Origin: Lentisphaerae bacterium RIFOXYC12_FULL_60_16
GTDB lineage: Bacteria; Verrucomicrobiota; Kiritimatiellia; UBA8416; YA12-FULL-60-10
Assembly: GCA_001803315.1 (NCBI GenBank)
Contig: MHBQ01000059.1
Location: 17,188-81,187, forward strand
DNA: 64,000 bases
Direction of reading: 5' to 3'
Position 1 is the first letter of the stretch, and every line of letters begins with the position of its first letter. The notes under the pieces are model-generated. The model did not search any database. It saw nothing but the letters and a program-made list of their open reading frames with translations, and had not been told where the DNA came from. A program made the translations under genes and the position numbers. This document shows positions 60,974 through 64,000 of the stretch, piece by piece.

Positions 60974-63973
60974 CTACCCCATCCGGCAGAGCCAGGCTTT
61001 GCCAATCCAGCCCTGCGCCACCGGTCCGGAACCCAGCATGTGTTTGTTGGCAGCCGAGCCGTACACGTGCAGGCGGAATCGGTGTTCACCCTCCCGCAGG
61101 GCCGGTAATGTCCAACGCCAGGGCATCCACGCGCGCACCCCGCAGGATCGCCCATCCACGGTGAGTTCGGCGTTGTCAACCAGGTGTTCCAGTTCCAATG
61201 CCCAGTCGGATTTGGCTTCCACGCCCGATATCGTCTCCGTCCACGCGTACACACCGGCGCCCATGTAATGCGGCATCCCGCCAGCCTGCCATCCGGCCCT
61301 CGAATCGCAATCCTGCCGCGGCTCCAATACCGGCCGCACCCTGCCCAGCCGCACCGTGAAGTCACCTTCAACATACAACTGGGACAACAAGCCTTCCATG
61401 GCGCTTTCCACTTCAAAGCGCAATTCGATCACATTGCGTCCATGACGCAGCCATGCCAGCGGCACCCGCAGCGCGCGTATGTTGTCCAGCGGAAACCGGC
61501 GCATCCCGCCCACCGCGCGCCCATTGCACCAGATCCGGAATGTCCCGCGGGCGCATCGCGGATCCAGCACCAGCACCGGCGTACCGCGGTAGCCCCGCAC
61601 ATCAAACTCGAAACCATACCGCAAATCCGGATTCAACGCCTTGCTTTCGACCGGCACGTCCCCCACATATTGCGGCAGTATACGCTGTGCCTTGAAGTTG
61701 GAATACACCTGCCAGTACGGATACGGCTCCGCCAACACGTGCGGTCGTTGCCCACGCGAACGGACTTCGGTCCGGCATAACCGCAACAGGTTCGGACCCA
61801 GTCGCCGGAACGCCGGCAACCCCTTGATCCGCCGGCGGGCCATTACACGGCCGGTCACCCGATCCCGCGTGAAGGCATCCAGCCGGAACAATCCGGCGCC
61901 ACCCGCCGGCACCGACCAGGCGGTACCGGTCCCGCGCACCGTGACGGAACCATCCACTTCCACCGGCGACCACACCCGCTGCTTTTCCCCGCTGATTACC
62001 ACCGTATGGGCAACGTCGCCCACGTTGCATGCCAGGACATAGGCCCTGCCATCCCGCCCGATGAAACGCCGGACATAGCATTCGCCCCGTTGTACGCCCG
62101 TCAGGGTCACATGCGTCTCCAGGTGACGACGACACCATTCCGGTGATGGTTGCTGCACACGCAGGACGGTGCCCGGCAGGGCCGGACATTTGACCAGCCG
62201 GTAATCGTGCGTGACCATCTGTTTCGGTCCGCCACCCAGCCAATAGACCGACGTTCCCCTGGCGACCGCCTGCTTGAGTTTTTCCACAACCGCCTGGGCA
62301 ACATGCGTGGCGGCAGGGACCAGGAGGGTGGCATACCGGCATCGGCCCACCGTTATCCCGCGCGCACCGACACCGCCATGGACCAGATCCTGTTCGTCCA
62401 CCATCTGTACGGCGGCCTGTGCCTGAAGGCACGCCAGCAGGGTCTGCTCCAGCGCATGCCGCTGCCGGTCGGTCGTTTCGGCGCCAGCCTGCCATCCGCC
62501 GGCCGGGATCGTCCAGAACGGCAGCAGATTGTTCAACAAGCCGACCCGCGTCTGGTCAACGGCGGCGTCGGTAAACTGTTGGACGGTTCCCATCCACCGG
62601 CTGGTTTCACCCGTGCCGCGAAAGATCGAATTATAGGGACCGAATTCCGGCGGGGCCTCGTAATTGGCGACCCCCTCGTTGCTGTTCCAGAATCCATGGG
62701 TAAAGAACCGGTCGATACCCAGCACCATCTGCCAGGCGTAGATCTGCCGGGCTTTCCAGGTGGTGATATTCCAGTCGGAACAACCCAGCGATTCGGAGGT
62801 CGCGGCCGGAGCGCCAAGCTGGGCCCGTACCGAACCCGCTTTCAAGCTTCCGAAATTCAGCGCCGGCGCGCGGGCATCCCCGGTGAGCGGAACAATCAGA
62901 TCGGTGCCGGGACAGGAAAGATATTTCATGATCGGCATGACCGACCCGATGGTCACCGCCTCCTGGCAGGGATCATCTTCGGGCGACATGTGCCCCACCA
63001 GTAGCAGTTTCCGATCCTCGCAATATCGGCGGTACGGTCGCAGGAAGACATCCACAAAACGCCCGGTGATCCAACGACGGTAATCCATCCGGGTCTTGAG
63101 ATAGTCGTCGGACAACGCTTCGCCGAACAACTGATACAGGCGGGGAAGCAGGTCGTAACCATACCGGTGTTTGAAACCGGCCGGCATCTCGCCGGTCCAG
63201 GGGGTACCACCGTGCGGCTTGGCTTCATCGGTGAAGATGCCGGGAATGGTCCGGCCGTAATGCCGGCCCACATATCCCTCGTAAAGGTCCAGCGACAACT
63301 GGCGGAATACCGGGAACGTGTCCGGATGGAGCAGGTCTGGCAACGCGCCCCACGACCCTTCGGATCCGGCCGGTTCAAGCGTCAAGGCAACCAGTTCCAT
63401 GCCCTGCGGGACAAGGGGCATCCGCAGGGTATACTGCTGGTTGATGGCATCACCGCGCGGGCAATCCACGAATGGCGCGGTCGGATAATAATACCGGCTG
63501 TCCCAGCGCTTCATGAACCAGTCGGCCCGCACACTACCCACCATCCCGGTCAGATCCTGCGTCGGTCCCGGCCGCGTTACGGGGACCAGTCCCGCCCACA
63601 CCACCCGGTGCCGGCCGATAAACCACAACTGGCCTGGCTTCAACGTAGCGGGCGGAGTCTGTCGCTGGATATACCGGGCCGCCAAATCGGGCCGTTGTTC
63701 CATGACCATGCCGCCGGCGGCTCCGCTGGGATACGGATCCTCATCGTACAGCCAGGTGGTCATCCCGAGCCGGCGTCCCTCGTTCACCAGGTCGCGGATC
63801 ATGGCAAACCATTCAGCACTGGCATAGGGAATCAGGTTCCCGGCCCGGCAGTGCAGCACCAGTGACCGGATCCCACCCTTCCGGCAGGCCCGCATGTAGC
63901 GGATTTTCTCCGCCACGGTGGAGGCGTCGTTCATTAACCAGAAAGGCATCAGCCCGCGAGTCAGATTCTTCAT
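60974..63973 (-). CDS. Large (999 aa) hypothetical protein, possibly glycoside-hydrolase-like
   Basis: The long ORF has an RBS GGAAGGGG. The family was not recognised. The N-terminus has the motif MPFWLMND. Confidence 0.4.
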   Translation of the reverse strand: MKNLTRGLMPFWLMNDASTVAEKIRYMRACRKGGIRSLVLHCRAGNLIPYASAEWFAMIRDLVNEGRRLGMTTWLYDEDPYPSGAAGGMVMEQRPDLAARYIQRQTPPATLKPGQLWFIGRHRVVWAGLVPVTRPGPTQDLTGMVGSVRADWFMKRWDSRYYYPTAPFVDCPRGDAINQQYTLRMPLVPQGMELVALTLEPAGSEGSWGALPDLLHPDTFPVFRQLSLDLYEGYVGRHYGRTIPGIFTDEAKPHGGTPWTGEMPAGFKHRYGYDLLPRLYQLFGEALSDDYLKTRMDYRRWITGRFVDVFLRPYRRYCEDRKLLLVGHMSPEDDPCQEAVTIGSVMPIMKYLSCPGTDLIVPLTGDARAPALNFGSLKAGSVRAQLGAPAATSESLGCSDWNITTWKARQIYAWQMVLGIDRFFTHGFWNSNEGVANYEAPPEFGPYNSIFRGTGETSRWMGTVQQFTDAAVDQTRVGLLNNLLPFWTIPAGGWQAGAETTDRQRHALEQTLLACLQAQAAVQMVDEQDLVHGGVGARGITVGRCRYATLLVPAATHVAQAVVEKLKQAVARGTSVYWLGGGPKQMVTHDYRLVKCPALPGTVLRVQQPSPEWCRRHLETHVTLTGVQRGECYVRRFIGRDGRAYVLACNVGDVAHTVVISGEKQRVWSPVEVDGSVTVRGTGTAWSVPAGGAGLFRLDAFTRDRVTGRVMARRRIKGLPAFRRLGPNLLRLCRTEVRSRGQRPHVLAEPYPYWQVYSNFKAQRILPQYVGDVPVESKALNPDLRYGFEFDVRGYRGTPVLVLDPRCARGTFRIWCNGRAVGGMRRFPLDNIRALRVPLAWLRHGRNVIELRFEVESAMEGLLSQLYVEGDFTVRLGRVRPVLEPRQDCDSRAGWQAGGMPHYMGAGVYAWTETISGVEAKSDWALELEHLVDNAELTVDGRSCGVRAWMPWRWTLPALREGEHRFRLHVYGSAANKHMLGSGPVAQGWIGKAWLCRMG

Positions 63974-64000
63974 GTCACCATCCCCTTCCCAACCATCCGC

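Overview
High-GC (~65%) bacterial chromosomal segment, apparently from an anaerobic CO2-fixing (acetogen-like) diderm organism. Gene calls rest on reading the supplied translations; no searches were run, so every family name is recognition from sequence motifs. Layout: (1) 1-6285 (+): a cytoplasmic NAD(P)-linked formate dehydrogenase locus. It holds a 5'-truncated NuoF-like/GltD-like fused flavoprotein, Cys-type FdhA, a rubrerythrin-like protein, and FdhD carrying an in-frame CooT-like Ni-chaperone domain. A His-rich small protein and a DUF3786 protein follow. (2) 35288 down to 7202 (-): one co-directional ~28 kb super-cluster. The Wood-Ljungdahl genes are fhs, a small ORF, metF-metV fusion, cooC, cooS, a cooF-like ferredoxin, a NuoE-NuoF fusion, a 2Fe-2S/4Fe-4S protein, acsB, acsC, the reductive activator of the corrinoid protein (RACo), acsF, acsD and acsE. 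They run with a 5-nt gap straight into an F1Fo ATP synthase operon: atpZ, atpI, atpB, a triplicated c subunit, a normal c subunit, N-terminally extended b' and b, atpH, atpA, atpG, atpD and a short atpC. (3) 35.5-37.8 kb: a divergent HTH-XRE/Cys-rich regulator, a Cys-rich protein and a CheY-like receiver. (4) 38.1-44.4 kb: a molybdenum-cofactor operon (moeA, moaA, a permease, moaC, MOSC-mogA, mobB-mobA) preceded by a structured leader that may be a Moco riboswitch. A low-GC GxxExxY gene is inserted in it. (5) 44.5-52.8 kb: a complete futalosine-pathway menaquinone operon with two gene fusions (mqnB-mqnP and tandem mqnE/mqnC). (6) 52.9-57.8 kb: a lower-GC block (receiver, epimerase, polyprenyl synthase, YceI, porin). 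(7) 58.1-64.0 kb: an SDR/DUF2867 protein, a frameshifted cfa and a large hydrolase-like protein on the minus strand. The most unusual element is a 6-helix, triple-hairpin c subunit that keeps only one ion-binding glutamate, encoded next to a conventional Na+-motif c subunit.
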